A DNA stretch of 64,000 nucleotides from Candidatus Eiseniibacteriota bacterium (GTDB lineage Bacteria > Eisenbacteria > RBG-16-71-46 > CAVPCR01). The stretch is from positions 1,664,001-1,728,000 of the forward strand of contig CAWGMA010000001.1 of NCBI GenBank assembly GCA_963823555.1. Direction: 5' to 3'. The notes under the pieces are model-generated. The model searched no databases, was not told the DNA's origin, and saw only the letters and a program-made list of their open reading frames with translations. The position numbers and the translations under genes are program-made. Positions 9,202-20,699 of this stretch are shown here, in pieces (positions within the stretch are counted from its first letter, which is position 1; every line of letters begins with the position of its first letter).

Positions 9202-9973
9202 CGTTTGACTCCTTGCTCCTCTGTTCCCGTTCATATCCCTTCACACCGATGCGCTTCACTTGATCGGCGACCAAGCCTGTCCCCTCGCGGTCCCACCGAG
9301 CCAGAAGGTCCGGCCGCCGCTCGCGCGTGCGGCGGAGCGCCTCGGCCTGCCGCCACGCGCGAATTCGCGCGTGGTTCCCCGAGAGCAGCACCTCCGGCAC
9401 CTTGAGCCCCTCGAACTCCTCGGGTCGCGTGTAGAGCGGCCCCTCGAGCAGCCCGCTCTCGATCGAATCCGACTCCGCCGATTCCTGATTGCCCAGCACG
9501 CCCTCGAACAGCCGCGTCATGCACTCGACGAGCACGAGCGCCGCCAGCTCTCCACCCGACAGCACATAGTCCCCGATCGACACCTCGTCGTGGACATAGC
9601 GCTCGATGACCCTTTGATCGACTCCCTTGTAGCGGCCGCAGATGAGAATGATCCGCCGTTCCTGAGCGAACTCTCGCACTTCGGCCTGGGTCAGCAGTCG
9701 CCCCTGCGCGCTCATCAAGATGCACCGCGCGCTCCCCCCCAGGTCGGTCCGCGCCCGTTCGATGGCAGCCTTCAGCGGCAAGGGAGTCATGACCATCCCC
9801 GGACCGCCGCCGTACGGATAGTCATCCACCGAGCGATAGCGGTCGGAGGCGAAATCCCGGATATCGATGACCTCGGGGTCGAGGAGCCCCCTCTCGCAAG
9901 CGACTCGCACCATGCCGTGGTCGAAGAACGGCCGGACGAGATCAGGGAAGATGGTGAGCACGGCCAGCTTCAT
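9173..9973 (-). CDS. trmD: tRNA (guanine37-N1)-methyltransferase
   Basis: [34 protein letters not shown] and LLSGNHA motifs. Confidence 0.97.
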   Translation of the reverse strand: MKLAVLTIFPDLVRPFFDHGMVRVACERGLLDPEVIDIRDFASDRYRSVDDYPYGGGPGMVMTPLPLKAAIERARTDLGGSARCILMSAQGRLLTQAEVREFAQERRIILICGRYKGVDQRVIERYVHDEVSIGDYVLSGGELAALVLVECMTRLFEGVLGNQESAESDSIESGLLEGPLYTRPEEFEGLKVPEVLLSGNHARIRAWRQAEALRRTRERRPDLLARWDREGTGLVADQVKRIGVKGYEREQRSKESNDGPRTSGGV

Positions 9974-10551
9974 CGCCCCGCCTCGGACCCGTCCGCAGCG
10001 GACTCGGACGCCGCCGGTTCATCCTCGAAGAGCCCGGGGAGTGGATGGACGGTCATCCGGCCCGCGGCGACGTCGACTCCCACGACGACCTCCCGGATGG
10101 CCGGGATCAGGACCTCCCCACCCGCGCCGCGCACGACGTACACGTCATTGGCACCTGTCTCGATGATCGACTCGAGCCGACCCACCGTGACCCCATCCGT
10201 GCGCACGACCTCGAGACCGATGAGCTCGAAATGATAGTTCTCGTCCGGAGCCGGCGGCGGCACATCGCGGCTGCTGACGGCCAGCAGGCGGCCGACCAGG
10301 CGGTTCTTGGCCTCCTGGCGGTCATGGATGTCAGCGAAGCGCATCAGGTACTCTCGCTGCAACTGGCGGCTCGAGGTGATGGCGTGCGTGGTCACTCCAC
10401 CGTCGCTGTCGACGATCAGGACTTCGGTCAACTTGTCGAAGCGATCAGCGACATCGCTGAGCGGGCGCACGACGACCTCGCCCTGGATGCCGCGCACCTT
10501 GACGATCTCACCGACCACGACGTGATCGCTCTCTTCTTCCAGGCCTGCCAT
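9970..10551 (-). CDS. rimM: Ribosome maturation factor RimM
   Basis: [24 protein letters not shown] and LIPAI motifs; operon position. Confidence 0.95.
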   Translation of the reverse strand: MAGLEEESDHVVVGEIVKVRGIQGEVVVRPLSDVADRFDKLTEVLIVDSDGGVTTHAITSSRQLQREYLMRFADIHDRQEAKNRLVGRLLAVSSRDVPPPAPDENYHFELIGLEVVRTDGVTVGRLESIIETGANDVYVVRGAGGEVLIPAIREVVVGVDVAAGRMTVHPLPGLFEDEPAASESAADGSEAGR

Positions 10552-10565
10552 CTCATCCAGTCTCG

Positions 10566-10871
10566 TCAGTCTCGAATGTCGAGCTCGACCTCGCGCCCTT
10601 CACGTACGGCGCTGAGCGCCAGCAAAGTGCGAATGGCCTTCGCCGTGCGCCCGTTTCGTCCGATCACGTTGCCCAGATCCACCGGAGCAACCCGCAGCTC
10701 CAGGAGCGATCCGGATTCCCGTTTGAGCTCGGAGACCTGGACCGACCCAGGATCATCAACGAGACCCTTCGCAAGGTAGACGACGAAGTCACGCGGGCCG
10801 CTGGTCGGCTCCAGCTGCGAGGCCGGCGTCCGCCGTCCCCGCATCACTCTGTTCCGTGGCCGCCTTTTCAT
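10566..10871 (-). CDS. khpA: KH-domain RNA-binding protein (KhpA/YlqC family)
   Basis: LVDDP..V and DLGNVIGRNGRTAKAIRTLL; between rpsP and rimM. Confidence 0.9.
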   Translation of the reverse strand: MKRRPRNRVMRGRRTPASQLEPTSGPRDFVVYLAKGLVDDPGSVQVSELKRESGSLLELRVAPVDLGNVIGRNGRTAKAIRTLLALSAVREGREVELDIRD

Positions 10872-10880
10872 GGTGTGGTC

Positions 10881-11249
10881 TTACTCTGCCGGCGGGGCTT
10901 CGGGGGCCGGGGCTGCCGCTTCCGCCGCCGGAGCTGCAGGGATCTCGGCCGACTTGCCCTTGGTCTTGCTGCCGGCGCGCTTCCTCTCCTTCTGCGACAT
11001 CGCCGGCGCGCCCTTCAGCTTGCGCTTGATGAGCCGGTCGACGGTTTCGGAGGGCTGGGCGCCCTTCTTGATCCACTCCGTGACCTTCTCCTCCGAGAAC
11101 TCGATCACTTCCGGACGCGACATCGGGTTGTAGTAGCCGAGCATCTCGATGAAGCGGCCGTCGCGCCGCATGCGCGAGTCGGCCACGACCATGTGATAGA
11201 AGGGACGCTTGCGCGATCCCGCGCGCCGCAATCGAATCACTACCGCCAT
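10881..11249 (-). CDS. rpsP: 30S ribosomal protein S16
   Basis: [34 protein letters not shown] and GAQPSETV. Confidence 0.98.
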   Translation of the reverse strand: MAVVIRLRRAGSRKRPFYHMVVADSRMRRDGRFIEMLGYYNPMSRPEVIEFSEEKVTEWIKKGAQPSETVDRLIKRKLKGAPAMSQKERKRAGSKTKGKSAEIPAAPAAEAAAPAPEAPPAE

Positions 11250-11330
11250 GAACTCTCCTCAGATTGTCTCTTGGATCCTCATCCTGCTGTCACCTGGCTG
11301 CCTGCAAACCAGTCGGCAACCAGCTTCCGA

Positions 11331-12635
11331 TTATCGGAAACGCATCCGGCCCAGACGGCCGCCGCCCATACGCTTCATGAGCTGCTGCATTTGCGTGAAC
11401 TGCTTGAGCAAACGATTCAGGTCCTGCACCGTCATCCCCGACCCGCGCGCGATGCGGAGCCGCCGGCTGCCATCGATGATCTGCGGCCGCTGCCGCTCCT
11501 CGGGCGTCATCGAGCAGATCATGCCCTCGATTCGCCTGAGAGCGCCTTCGTCGACTTTCAGATCCCCGATCGCCCCCATCCCGGGCAGCATCTTGAGCAG
11601 ATCCTCGAGCGGCCCCAGCTTCCGGAGCTGCCTGAGCTGATTCAGGAAGTCCTCGAGCGTGAAGCCTTCCTTGCGGAGCTTGGCTTCGAGCCGCTCGGCC
11701 TCCTCCACGTCAATGGCTTCCTGCGCCTTCTCGACCAGCGACACCACGTCGCCCATGCCGAGAATGCGCGATGCCATGCGCTCCGGATAGAAGCCGTCCA
11801 GGGCATCGATCCGCTCGCCCACCGACGCCAGCTTGATCGGCTTGCCGGTCACGGTGCGGATCGAGAGCGCCGCCCCGCCCCGGGCGTCCCCATCGAGCTT
11901 GGTCAGCACGACGCCGTCGATACCGAGCTCCGCATCGAAGGTGCTCGCCGTGCGCACCGCATCCTGGCCGGTCATGGCATCCACGACGAGCAGCACCTCG
12001 TCGGGCCTCACCTTGGCCTTGAGCGCGCGCAGCTCGTTCATCATCTCGGCGTCGACGTGCAAGCGACCCGCCGAGTCGATGATGACCAGATCATACCCCC
12101 CGGCGCCGGCGAGCGCCTCAGCCGCCACCGCCACGGCGTCACCGGCGTCGCGACGGGAGAAGACCGATACCCCGCATTCGCGGCCGAGGACCTCGAGCTG
12201 ATCGATGGCCGCCGGCCGCACCAGGTCCGCGGCCACCAGCAACGGCCGCTCGCCCTGCTTCTGGGCCCGTCGCGCCAGCTTGGCGGCGAGCGTCGTCTTG
12301 CCCGAACCCTGCAGGCCAGCGAGGAGAATGACCGTGGGCGGCGTCGTCGCCCGTGCGATCTCGGCCGCGGTCCCACCCAGGAGCCCGACCAGCTCGTCAT
12401 GGACGATCTTGATCACCTGCTGGCCCGGCTGGATGGACTTGAATACCTCCTGCCCCACTGCCTTCGCCTCGACCCGGCGCACGAAGTCCCGCACCACCTC
12501 GTAGTGGACGTCAGCCTCAAGGAGCGCCCGTCGCACCTCGCGCAGCGAGTCGCGAACGTTCTCCTCGGTTAGCTTGCCGCGGTCGCGCAGGGCACGAAAG
12601 ACCTGCCCGAGCCGACCCGTTAGCTCGTCGAACAT
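11331..12635 (-). CDS. ffh: Signal recognition particle protein
   Basis: GLQGSGKTT, DSAGR, TKLDGDARGGAALS, RMASRILGMGD and M-domain SMTPEER. Confidence 0.98.
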   Translation of the reverse strand: MFDELTGRLGQVFRALRDRGKLTEENVRDSLREVRRALLEADVHYEVVRDFVRRVEAKAVGQEVFKSIQPGQQVIKIVHDELVGLLGGTAAEIARATTPPTVILLAGLQGSGKTTLAAKLARRAQKQGERPLLVAADLVRPAAIDQLEVLGRECGVSVFSRRDAGDAVAVAAEALAGAGGYDLVIIDSAGRLHVDAEMMNELRALKAKVRPDEVLLVVDAMTGQDAVRTASTFDAELGIDGVVLTKLDGDARGGAALSIRTVTGKPIKLASVGERIDALDGFYPERMASRILGMGDVVSLVEKAQEAIDVEEAERLEAKLRKEGFTLEDFLNQLRQLRKLGPLEDLLKMLPGMGAIGDLKVDEGALRRIEGMICSMTPEERQRPQIIDGSRRLRIARGSGMTVQDLNRLLKQFTQMQQLMKRMGGGRLGRMRFR

Positions 12636-12711
12636 CCGATTCCAAACCGGTTTAGCGGGGGTGTTGAACGCCGGCGGGTGCGCGCACTCGCGGGGCCGAA
12701 GCGAATGGGAA

Positions 12712-12740
12712 AGGCTACCAGCGGCCGGTACCCGGCTCAA
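12712..12740 (-). promoter_or_regulatory. Putative sigma70 promoter for the ffh-rpsP operon
   Basis: TTGAGC-17 bp-TAGCCT with TG extended -10 on the minus strand. Confidence 0.5.
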
Positions 12741-12788
12741 GCCCGAAGATTGCCGGCAGTTAGCTGGTTCGCGGCCCGCGAGGACCCG

Positions 12789-13472
12789 CTATGCGGCCCC
12801 GGTCGCACCCTGGGCGGCGGCGCGCAGGGCCCGGACCGCCGCCGCCGCATCCCCGCGCCCGAAGACAGCGCTTCCGGCCACCAGGACCTCGGCCCCCGCC
12901 GCCACCACCTCGGCCGCGGTGGCCGGGCCGATGCCGCCGTCGACCTCGATCACGTACTCGAGGCCGTGGCGCGCCTTCCACTCCGCAGCCGCCGCGATCT
13001 TCGCCACCACGTCCTTGCGGAAGGACTGGCCGGCGAACCCGGGGTGCACGGTCATGATGAGAAGCAGGTCGAACGCAGGGAGGACGTCGCGCGCCTCAGC
13101 GAACGGGGTGGCGGGGTTCAACACCAACCCGGGCCGGGCGCCCGCGGCGCGGATCTGAGCCGCCGCCGCCGCCGCATCATCGACGACTTCCCAGTGCAGG
13201 CTGATCCAGTCGGCCCCCGCCTTGGTGAATGACTCGACGAAGGCGAGGGGGTCGGTCACCATGAGATGCGCATCGAAGGGGAGCGTCGTCACACGGCGGG
13301 CGCTCGCCACGACGGCGGGCCCGATGGTCAGATTCGGCACGAAGTGCCCATCCATGACATCGAGATGAATCCAGTCGGCTCCCCCGGCCTCCGCGGCCTG
13401 GATCTCCTCGGCCAGGCGGCCGAAATCAGCGGACAGGATCGATGGGGCAATGCGCACGCTCGGTGTCTTCAA
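12789..13472 (-). CDS. rpe: Ribulose-phosphate 3-epimerase
   Basis: IAPSILSADF, HLDVMDGHFVPNLTIGP, MTVHPGFAGQ and EVDGGI; TTG start overlapping the upstream TGA, with GGAGG RBS. Confidence 0.96.
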   Translation of the reverse strand: MKTPSVRIAPSILSADFGRLAEEIQAAEAGGADWIHLDVMDGHFVPNLTIGPAVVASARRVTTLPFDAHLMVTDPLAFVESFTKAGADWISLHWEVVDDAAAAAAQIRAAGARPGLVLNPATPFAEARDVLPAFDLLLIMTVHPGFAGQSFRKDVVAKIAAAAEWKARHGLEYVIEVDGGIGPATAAEVVAAGAEVLVAGSAVFGRGDAAAAVRALRAAAQGATGAA

Positions 13473-14257
13473 CGCCAGCCTCCGCGTCCCGAGGCGACCA
13501 CGAGCTCGAGCAACTCCCCGCTCTGGATCCGATATCCCGGCGGCGGCTGCTGCTCGAGAATCTCTCCGGCACTCGCGTCCGGAGCGCCGCGCGTGCGCGT
13601 CGTCAAGCGAATCCCCGACCGTTCCAGCAATGAGCTCACCTCTTCGACATGCCGGCCGCGGAGATCGGGCACGAGATACGTGACGGGGAGCGGCCCGAGA
13701 CTGACCAGGAGATCGACCCGCGACTGCGGCTCGACGTGGGAGGCGGGCGGCGGATCGGAGGTGATCACGGCATCCTTGTCCGCGGTCTCCGAATGGGCGG
13801 TCGCCACGCGCCCGGCACGCAGACCGGCCTTTGCCAGCATGACCTGAGCCTCCCGCATGTCGGCTCCAGACAGGTCGGGCACTTCTTGTCCCTCGCTTCC
13901 GATCGACACCGTGATCCTCACTTCGCGCCCTGACTTGACGCGGCTCATCGCCGGGGGATCCTGATCGGTCACGATGCCATCGGGGAAGCTGGCGCTCCAC
14001 TCCTCGATGATCTGGCCGAGACGCAGCCCTTCGGACTCCAGCACATGCTGAGCGCTGGCGGTCGAGCGGCCGACGACATCGGGAACCTGAACCTCGTCCC
14101 CGTGACCGAGAAGCACGGGCATGATGACGTAGTTGAAGGCGACGACGCCGATCACGAAACCCGCGGCAGCCAGGAGGGCGAAGCGGAGACCGGCCGCCCA
14201 CAGCGGGCTAGATCTGCGGGCGGCCGGAATGCGGGATACCGGAGCGGAAGGAGCCAA
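13469..14257 (-). CDS. Membrane-anchored triple-PASTA domain protein (no kinase domain)
   Basis: N-terminal TM segment then three VPDxxG...Q.P repeats. Confidence 0.9.
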   Translation of the reverse strand: MAPSAPVSRIPAARRSSPLWAAGLRFALLAAAGFVIGVVAFNYVIMPVLLGHGDEVQVPDVVGRSTASAQHVLESEGLRLGQIIEEWSASFPDGIVTDQDPPAMSRVKSGREVRITVSIGSEGQEVPDLSGADMREAQVMLAKAGLRAGRVATAHSETADKDAVITSDPPPASHVEPQSRVDLLVSLGPLPVTYLVPDLRGRHVEEVSSLLERSGIRLTTRTRGAPDASAGEILEQQPPPGYRIQSGELLELVVASGRGGWR

Positions 14258-14295
14258 GGGCGATCCTCCTCAAACTTGGCACCGGAGAGGGCTCT

Positions 14296-16089
14296 TCAGG
14301 GTCTTCGCATATCACGGCGCGGCTTGGCGTGCAAGTCGGCCGGGCGCGGTGATGCTCGCACCCCGCGCCCGGCGCCCTCGCTGGCGTCGTCCTCGGCGGC
14401 GGGATCGGACTCCCCTTCTTCCATGTCCGCTCTTGCCACTTCGAGAGCGGATCGGTGGCGCAACCGCACGGCGAACACCCCATCGGTCCCGCACTGATCG
14501 TGGAGGACGCGCACGAAACCCTCCGGGCTCAGTGCCGCAGCGGGAAGTCCAGGGCCCGGACGTTCGATCGCCCAGTCGGGATGGCGCTCGAGAAAGCGCG
14601 CGACCTGCTCCTCGCACTCCTCCGGCTCGAAGCTGCATACCGAATAGACCAGCGCCCCCTCGGGATGGACGAGGGTCGCCGCGTGATCCAAGAGCTCGGC
14701 CTGCAGTGGGACCATCTCGGTGAAGATGGACTCGGTCTTCCGCCATCTGGCATCAGCGCGCCTCCTGAGCACGCCCAGCCCCGAGCAGGGCGCATCGACC
14801 AGGACGCGATCGAAGCTCAGGGGCCGACCGAAGCTGCGGCCGTCGCCCTGGACCAGATCGGCCTTCCCTCCCAGTCGCGCGAGACCCTCCCCCGCGCGCC
14901 GCAGCCGGGACGGAGACACCTCGACGCCCACGACCTGCGCCGCCCCCCGGCTCCACTCGATGATGTGCCCGAGCTTCCCACCCGGCCCCGCGCAGAGATC
15001 GACCACACGCTGGCCGGGTCGCGGATTCAGGAGCGGTACCACGAGCGCCTCGCTCTCATCCTGGACGGTGAACCTTCCCGCCCGGAATGCGGGGATCTCG
15101 TAGATGACGGCACCGACAGGCAGACGCAGGCAATCGGGGCTCAGATTGCCCTCTTCCGCAGCAATGCCCGCGCGGTTCAGCTCGCGCTTGAGGTCGAGGG
15201 CATGGGCGCGAAGGCGGTTGACGCGGATCGAGACGACCGCGGGGTCGTTATTGACGGCGAGCAATCGCTGCGTGCGCTCGCGGCCATAGCGTGCCAGCCA
15301 TCGCCGTACGATCCAATCGGGGTGGGACTCGTAAACGCCGAGAGCCTGAACGAGCTCGGTCTCCTCGTCGGGAAAGCGGATGTCGTGCAGGGCTTCGGGC
15401 AAACGGCGCAGCACCGCGTTGGTGAGACCCGCTGTTCCCGGATGGCCGTACTTCGTGGCCAGGGCCACGGTCTCGTCGACGGCCGCATGGCGGGGAACGC
15501 GATCGAGAAAGAGCAGCTGATACGCTCCCATGCGCAAGCACAGTCGGATCCAGATCGGAAGCTCGCTGATCGGGCGCCGCATGAGCTGATCGAGCACATG
15601 GTCGATGCGCCGTTGATAGCGCAGCGTGCCCTGGACGAGCTGGGTCGCCAGCCGGCGGTCGTTGTCTCCGAGACGGGCTTCGGACAGGCTGCGATCGAGG
15701 AGCCGATCGGCGAACGCGGCCCTGCTCTCGACCGCGAAGAGAACGCGCAGCGCCACCTCGCGCACCGGCGTTCGCGGGTGCGCGGGGGTGGCTGGGCGCG
15801 AAACCACGGTCGCTCCGGCCCCCCGCCGAGCCGGCTCGCGGCCGGGGCCAGAGGGTCGCGGCCCGCCGGATCGGTCGCTCGCCGGGCGAGGACCGCCGCG
15901 CCCTTTCCCTGGCTCGCGGCGATCGTCGCGCCTTGGCCTTCCGCCTCCGCCCCGGGGCGGCCCGCTCTCGTCCCGCCGCGGACGGCGGCCCCCGCTCTCG
16001 GGGCCCCGGCCACCGCCTCCTCGCGGGCGGCCTCCACCGCGATCGCTACGCTCGCCGGCCTGTGCCTCCCGATCGTTCCCTCGGCTCAT
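14296..16089 (-). CDS. rsmB: 16S rRNA m5C967 methyltransferase (NusB-like plus SAM domains)
   Basis: HAAVDETV, VQDESE, DLCAGPGGK, LVDAPCSGLG and YSVCS motifs; long RG-rich N-terminal extension. Confidence 0.95.
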   Translation of the reverse strand: MSRGNDREAQAGERSDRGGGRPRGGGGRGPESGGRRPRRDESGPPRGGGGRPRRDDRREPGKGRGGPRPASDRSGGPRPSGPGREPARRGAGATVVSRPATPAHPRTPVREVALRVLFAVESRAAFADRLLDRSLSEARLGDNDRRLATQLVQGTLRYQRRIDHVLDQLMRRPISELPIWIRLCLRMGAYQLLFLDRVPRHAAVDETVALATKYGHPGTAGLTNAVLRRLPEALHDIRFPDEETELVQALGVYESHPDWIVRRWLARYGRERTQRLLAVNNDPAVVSIRVNRLRAHALDLKRELNRAGIAAEEGNLSPDCLRLPVGAVIYEIPAFRAGRFTVQDESEALVVPLLNPRPGQRVVDLCAGPGGKLGHIIEWSRGAAQVVGVEVSPSRLRRAGEGLARLGGKADLVQGDGRSFGRPLSFDRVLVDAPCSGLGVLRRRADARWRKTESIFTEMVPLQAELLDHAATLVHPEGALVYSVCSFEPEECEEQVARFLERHPDWAIERPGPGLPAAALSPEGFVRVLHDQCGTDGVFAVRLRHRSALEVARADMEEGESDPAAEDDASEGAGRGVRASPRPADLHAKPRRDMRRP

Positions 16090-16111
16090 CTCGTCATCCT
16101 TCGTGTCTCGA

Positions 16112-17128
16112 TCACGCCTGGCCCGGCGGCCGCGCCGCGCCGGGCGGGCGATGGAGAGTGGTCAGCTCGGCCTGGGCGGCGGCCGCCCCCGGCAGGGATT
16201 CCCAGCGTGCGCCACCGGCCAGCCGGCGGCCGCAGGCGAAGGCCAAAGCCGTCATCTCACGCTTCCCGGAGGGCTTCACCCGGGTGATTCGCAGCCGCCC
16301 CTCCCCTGTCGCGACCTCCATGCCTCCCTCGGAGCAGGAGAGAATCGTACCGGGCCTGCCCCCGGCATCCCCTTGCTCGGGATCGGCCGCGAGAATCTCG
16401 ACCACCTCGCCACCCAGCACGGCCCGCGTTCCCGGCCAGCCCTGAAGCGCCCGGATCTGCCGATCCGTCCACTCCGCCGGCCGCTCCCAATCAACGTGCC
16501 CATGCTCCTTCGCGAGGCGCGGAGCATACGTCGCCCCCTCCTCGCCCTGGGGCTGGGGCCGGATGTCCCCGCTCGCCACCCCCGTCACCGTGCGTGCCAC
16601 CAGGTCCGCGCCCGACTCGGCCAGGCGAGCGGCGAGGGCCAGGGCACCCTCGCGCCCCCCGACCACGGTTGATTCGACGAGCAAGAGGTCGCCGGTGTCC
16701 ACCCCCTCGTCCATCCGGATCGTGGCCACGGCCGTCTCGCGATCGCCCGCCAGGATCGTCCACGGGATCGGCGCCACACCGCGGTGGCGCGGCAACCGTG
16801 AAGGGTGGAGGTTCACCGCCATCATTTGCGGCAGATCGAGCACCGCCCGCCTGAGGATCAGACCGAAGGCGACGACGACGATGAGATCGGGATGGAAGTC
16901 CCTGAGCGGCGCCAGCGCGCCGTCCCCGCGCAACGTGGCTCGCTCGAGCACCGGAACCGCGAGTCGCGCCGCCGCCGCGGCGACCGGCGACGGCCTCGGC
17001 TTCAAGCCCCGGCCCGCCGGCCGGGCCGGCTGGCTGACGGCAAGGAGCTCGTGGCCTTGGGCGACAAGGCGCTCGAGCGTGGGGACCGCGAAATCGGGCG
17101 TCCCCATGAAGAGGATGCGGAGCGCCAT
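16112..17128 (-). CDS. fmt: Methionyl-tRNA formyltransferase
   Basis: FMGTPDFA, NLHPSRLPRHRGVAPI and MDEGVDTGD motifs. Confidence 0.97.
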   Translation of the reverse strand: MALRILFMGTPDFAVPTLERLVAQGHELLAVSQPARPAGRGLKPRPSPVAAAAARLAVPVLERATLRGDGALAPLRDFHPDLIVVVAFGLILRRAVLDLPQMMAVNLHPSRLPRHRGVAPIPWTILAGDRETAVATIRMDEGVDTGDLLLVESTVVGGREGALALAARLAESGADLVARTVTGVASGDIRPQPQGEEGATYAPRLAKEHGHVDWERPAEWTDRQIRALQGWPGTRAVLGGEVVEILAADPEQGDAGGRPGTILSCSEGGMEVATGEGRLRITRVKPSGKREMTALAFACGRRLAGGARWESLPGAAAAQAELTTLHRPPGAARPPGQA

Positions 17129-17161
17129 GGTGAATGGAGAAACTGGGAGAGAGTTGCCGGC

Positions 17162-17698
17162 CTAGGATGCCGCCAGTTCGGCGGCGATCGAATCGAGCTG
17201 CTTTCTGAGCAACTGCCGCTTCAACGCCGAGAGTCGATCGATGAACAGCACGCCGTCCAGGTGGTCCATCTCGTGCTGAATGGCACGCGCGACGAGACCC
17301 CGCCCTTCGATGCGGAACGGTCTCCCCTCGACGTCGACCGCCTCCAGCGTGACCCGGGCGTCGCGCTTCACCGACTCGCGCAAGCCGGGGATGGACAGAC
17401 ATCCTTCTTCGGACATGATCTGCCCCTCGCTGGCAACCACGCGGGGATTCACCGCTGCGAAGCGCAAGACGGCACTATCAGGATCCTGCGGTTCCTCCGG
17501 GCAATCGACGACGAACACGCGGAGCGACACCCCGATCTGCGGCGCCGCGAGCCCTGCTCCCTCTTCGGCCGTGCAGGTCTCGTACATGTCCTCGACCAGA
17601 CGGTGCAGCTCCGGAGTGCCCAGATCGTCGGCGTCGACATGAGCCGCTTTGGCCCGCAACACCGGATCTCCATAGAAGCGCAGATTACGTCTCGCCAT
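17162..17698 (-). CDS. def: Peptide deformylase
   Basis: GAGLAAPQIG, EGCLSIP and QHEMDHLDG motifs. Confidence 0.98.
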   Translation of the reverse strand: MARRNLRFYGDPVLRAKAAHVDADDLGTPELHRLVEDMYETCTAEEGAGLAAPQIGVSLRVFVVDCPEEPQDPDSAVLRFAAVNPRVVASEGQIMSEEGCLSIPGLRESVKRDARVTLEAVDVEGRPFRIEGRGLVARAIQHEMDHLDGVLFIDRLSALKRQLLRKQLDSIAAELAAS

Positions 17699-18014
17699 CC
17701 TTCGATCTTCCCTTGAGCGCGGTGACCGACTGCTTGGCCACCTCTACCTTGGTGTTTTCAGCGATCTTCAACACTACCACGTCGTCGCGCGTTCCGACAA
17801 CCACGCCATAGATACCACCCTGCGTCAGCACCTCGTCGCCCTTCTTGAGACCCGAGATCATCTGAGCGTGCTCGCGCTGGCGCTTGGCCTGTGGCCGAAT
17901 CAGCAGCATGTAGAAGATGACGAAGATGAGAAAGAACGGGACGAGCTGTACCCAGAACGGCGCCGCCTCGGCTCCCCCTTGCGGCCGCGCCATCGCCAGC
18001 ACAACACCCAACAT
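17685..18014 (-). CDS. yajC: Preprotein translocase subunit YajC
   Basis: FYMLLIRPQ.KR and LKKGDEVLTQGGIYG. Confidence 0.96.
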   Translation of the reverse strand: MLGVVLAMARPQGGAEAAPFWVQLVPFFLIFVIFYMLLIRPQAKRQREHAQMISGLKKGDEVLTQGGIYGVVVGTRDDVVVLKIAENTKVEVAKQSVTALKGRSKDGET

Positions 18015-18053
18015 GCTCGACCTCCCGTGGTGACCGACCCAGGGACTCCCGGC

Positions 18054-19280
<1,227 letters not shown>

Positions 19281-20411
19281 TCACACGATGAGCATGGCGT
19301 CGCCGTAGGAGAAGAAGAGATAGCCCCGCGCCACGGCTTCGGCATAGGCGGCCAGGACCTGTTCGCGACCCGCGAAAGCGGCAACCAGCATCAGGAGCGT
19401 GGAGCGCGGGAGATGGAAATTGGTGACCAGGGCGTCGACCGCGAGGTATTCGAACGGCGGGTGAATGAAGAGGTCCGTCTCGCCGGTCCCGGGGGCGACC
19501 ACTTCCGCCGCGTCCTTGGCCCTCCCCAGACGGGCCTGAGTCTCGAGCGTGCGCACGACCGTGGTTCCGACGGCGACCACCCGCCCGCCGGCCGCCCGCG
19601 TGGCGGCGATGGCAGCCGCCGCCTCCGCCGGCAGCTCGAACCATTCCGGATCCAGTCGGTGATCGCGGATGTCAGCGGCCTGGACCGGGCGGAAGGTGCC
19701 GGGTCCGGTATGCAGGACGAGTCGGGCGATGCGCAGTCCGCCGCTGCCCATCCGGGCCAGGAGTTCGGGCGTGAAGTGGAGCCCGGCCGTGGGGGCGGCC
19801 ACCGCCCCCGGAACGCGCGAGAAGACGGTCTGGTAATCAGCGACGTCTCGCTCGTCGTCCTCCCGCCTGAGATAGGGCGGGATCGGCACATGGCCGAATT
19901 CATCCAGCAGGTCCTCGAGCGGACGCTTGCCTGCAAGGCGCACCAGCCGGCGTCCCCGTGGTGTCACGGCCAGGACCTCACCGGTGATCGCCCCATCCGC
20001 GAACACGAGGCGAGCCCCGGGAAACAGGCTCCGTCCCGGGCGTCCGAGGGCTTCCCACACGTCATCGGCGCGCCGGGCCACGAGCAAGAGCTCGACGCGC
20101 CCGCCGCTGGCGGCGCGCGATCCATAGAGCCGGGCCTTGATGACCCGCGTCTCATTGAGGACAAGGCAGTCCCCGGGTTGCAGGTAGCGCTCGAGGTCGG
20201 CGAATCGAGCATGCTCGATGGCTTTCTTCCCGTCGCGGGGCAGGACCAGGAGTCGCGCCTGGTCGCGGATCGCCGGCGGTCGGGTGGCGATGAGCTCCGG
20301 CGGCAACCGGTACTCATAGGAGCCCGTGCGATAGTCCTCCTCCACCGGTGCCGTCGCCCGTGATCGAACCACCGTTTGCGGCCGATCGCCGCCTGTCTCT
20401 TCGTTCACCAC
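19281..20411 (-). CDS. queA: S-adenosylmethionine:tRNA ribosyltransferase-isomerase
   Basis: VAAPTAGLHF, AVGTTVVRTLE, TNFHLPRSTL and FFSYGDAM; start uncertain (20411 or 20345). Confidence 0.96.
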   Translation of the reverse strand: MVNEETGGDRPQTVVRSRATAPVEEDYRTGSYEYRLPPELIATRPPAIRDQARLLVLPRDGKKAIEHARFADLERYLQPGDCLVLNETRVIKARLYGSRAASGGRVELLLVARRADDVWEALGRPGRSLFPGARLVFADGAITGEVLAVTPRGRRLVRLAGKRPLEDLLDEFGHVPIPPYLRREDDERDVADYQTVFSRVPGAVAAPTAGLHFTPELLARMGSGGLRIARLVLHTGPGTFRPVQAADIRDHRLDPEWFELPAEAAAAIAATRAAGGRVVAVGTTVVRTLETQARLGRAKDAAEVVAPGTGETDLFIHPPFEYLAVDALVTNFHLPRSTLLMLVAAFAGREQVLAAYAEAVARGYLFFSYGDAMLIV

Positions 20412-20415
20412 CGCG

Positions 20416-20652
20416 CTACCGCCGGAAGAGGATCCGGCCGAGGTTGATGAGGAGCGTGAGCACCCCGCTCAGGAGCAGGGCCGAAGTGATCGGAAAGTAG
20501 ACCTGAACCCCGCCGCGACTGAAGCGCAGGTCGCCGGGCAACCGACCGAGTCCGAGCCGACCCAGGCCGAGACGCTCCCCGGCGATCATGACGAGACCGA
20601 GCACCGCGAGCACCACCCCGGCGAGCAGGATCCACTTTCCGATCTGAGACAT
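20416..20652 (-). CDS. DUF2905 family small membrane protein
   Basis: LGRLPGD...YFPITS.LLLS signature; typical ruvB-queA context. Confidence 0.9.
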   Translation of the reverse strand: MSQIGKWILLAGVVLAVLGLVMIAGERLGLGRLGLGRLPGDLRFSRGGVQVYFPITSALLLSGVLTLLINLGRILFRR

Positions 20653-20699
20653 GATGGGGATACCGATCGTTCTCGGCGTGCGGGGACCCGCGGCCCAGG

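Noticed and set aside
12636..12788. SRP RNA (ffs) next to ffh
   Set aside because: No domain IV CAGG/GGAA/AGCA pattern; the region is explained by a promoter and leader.
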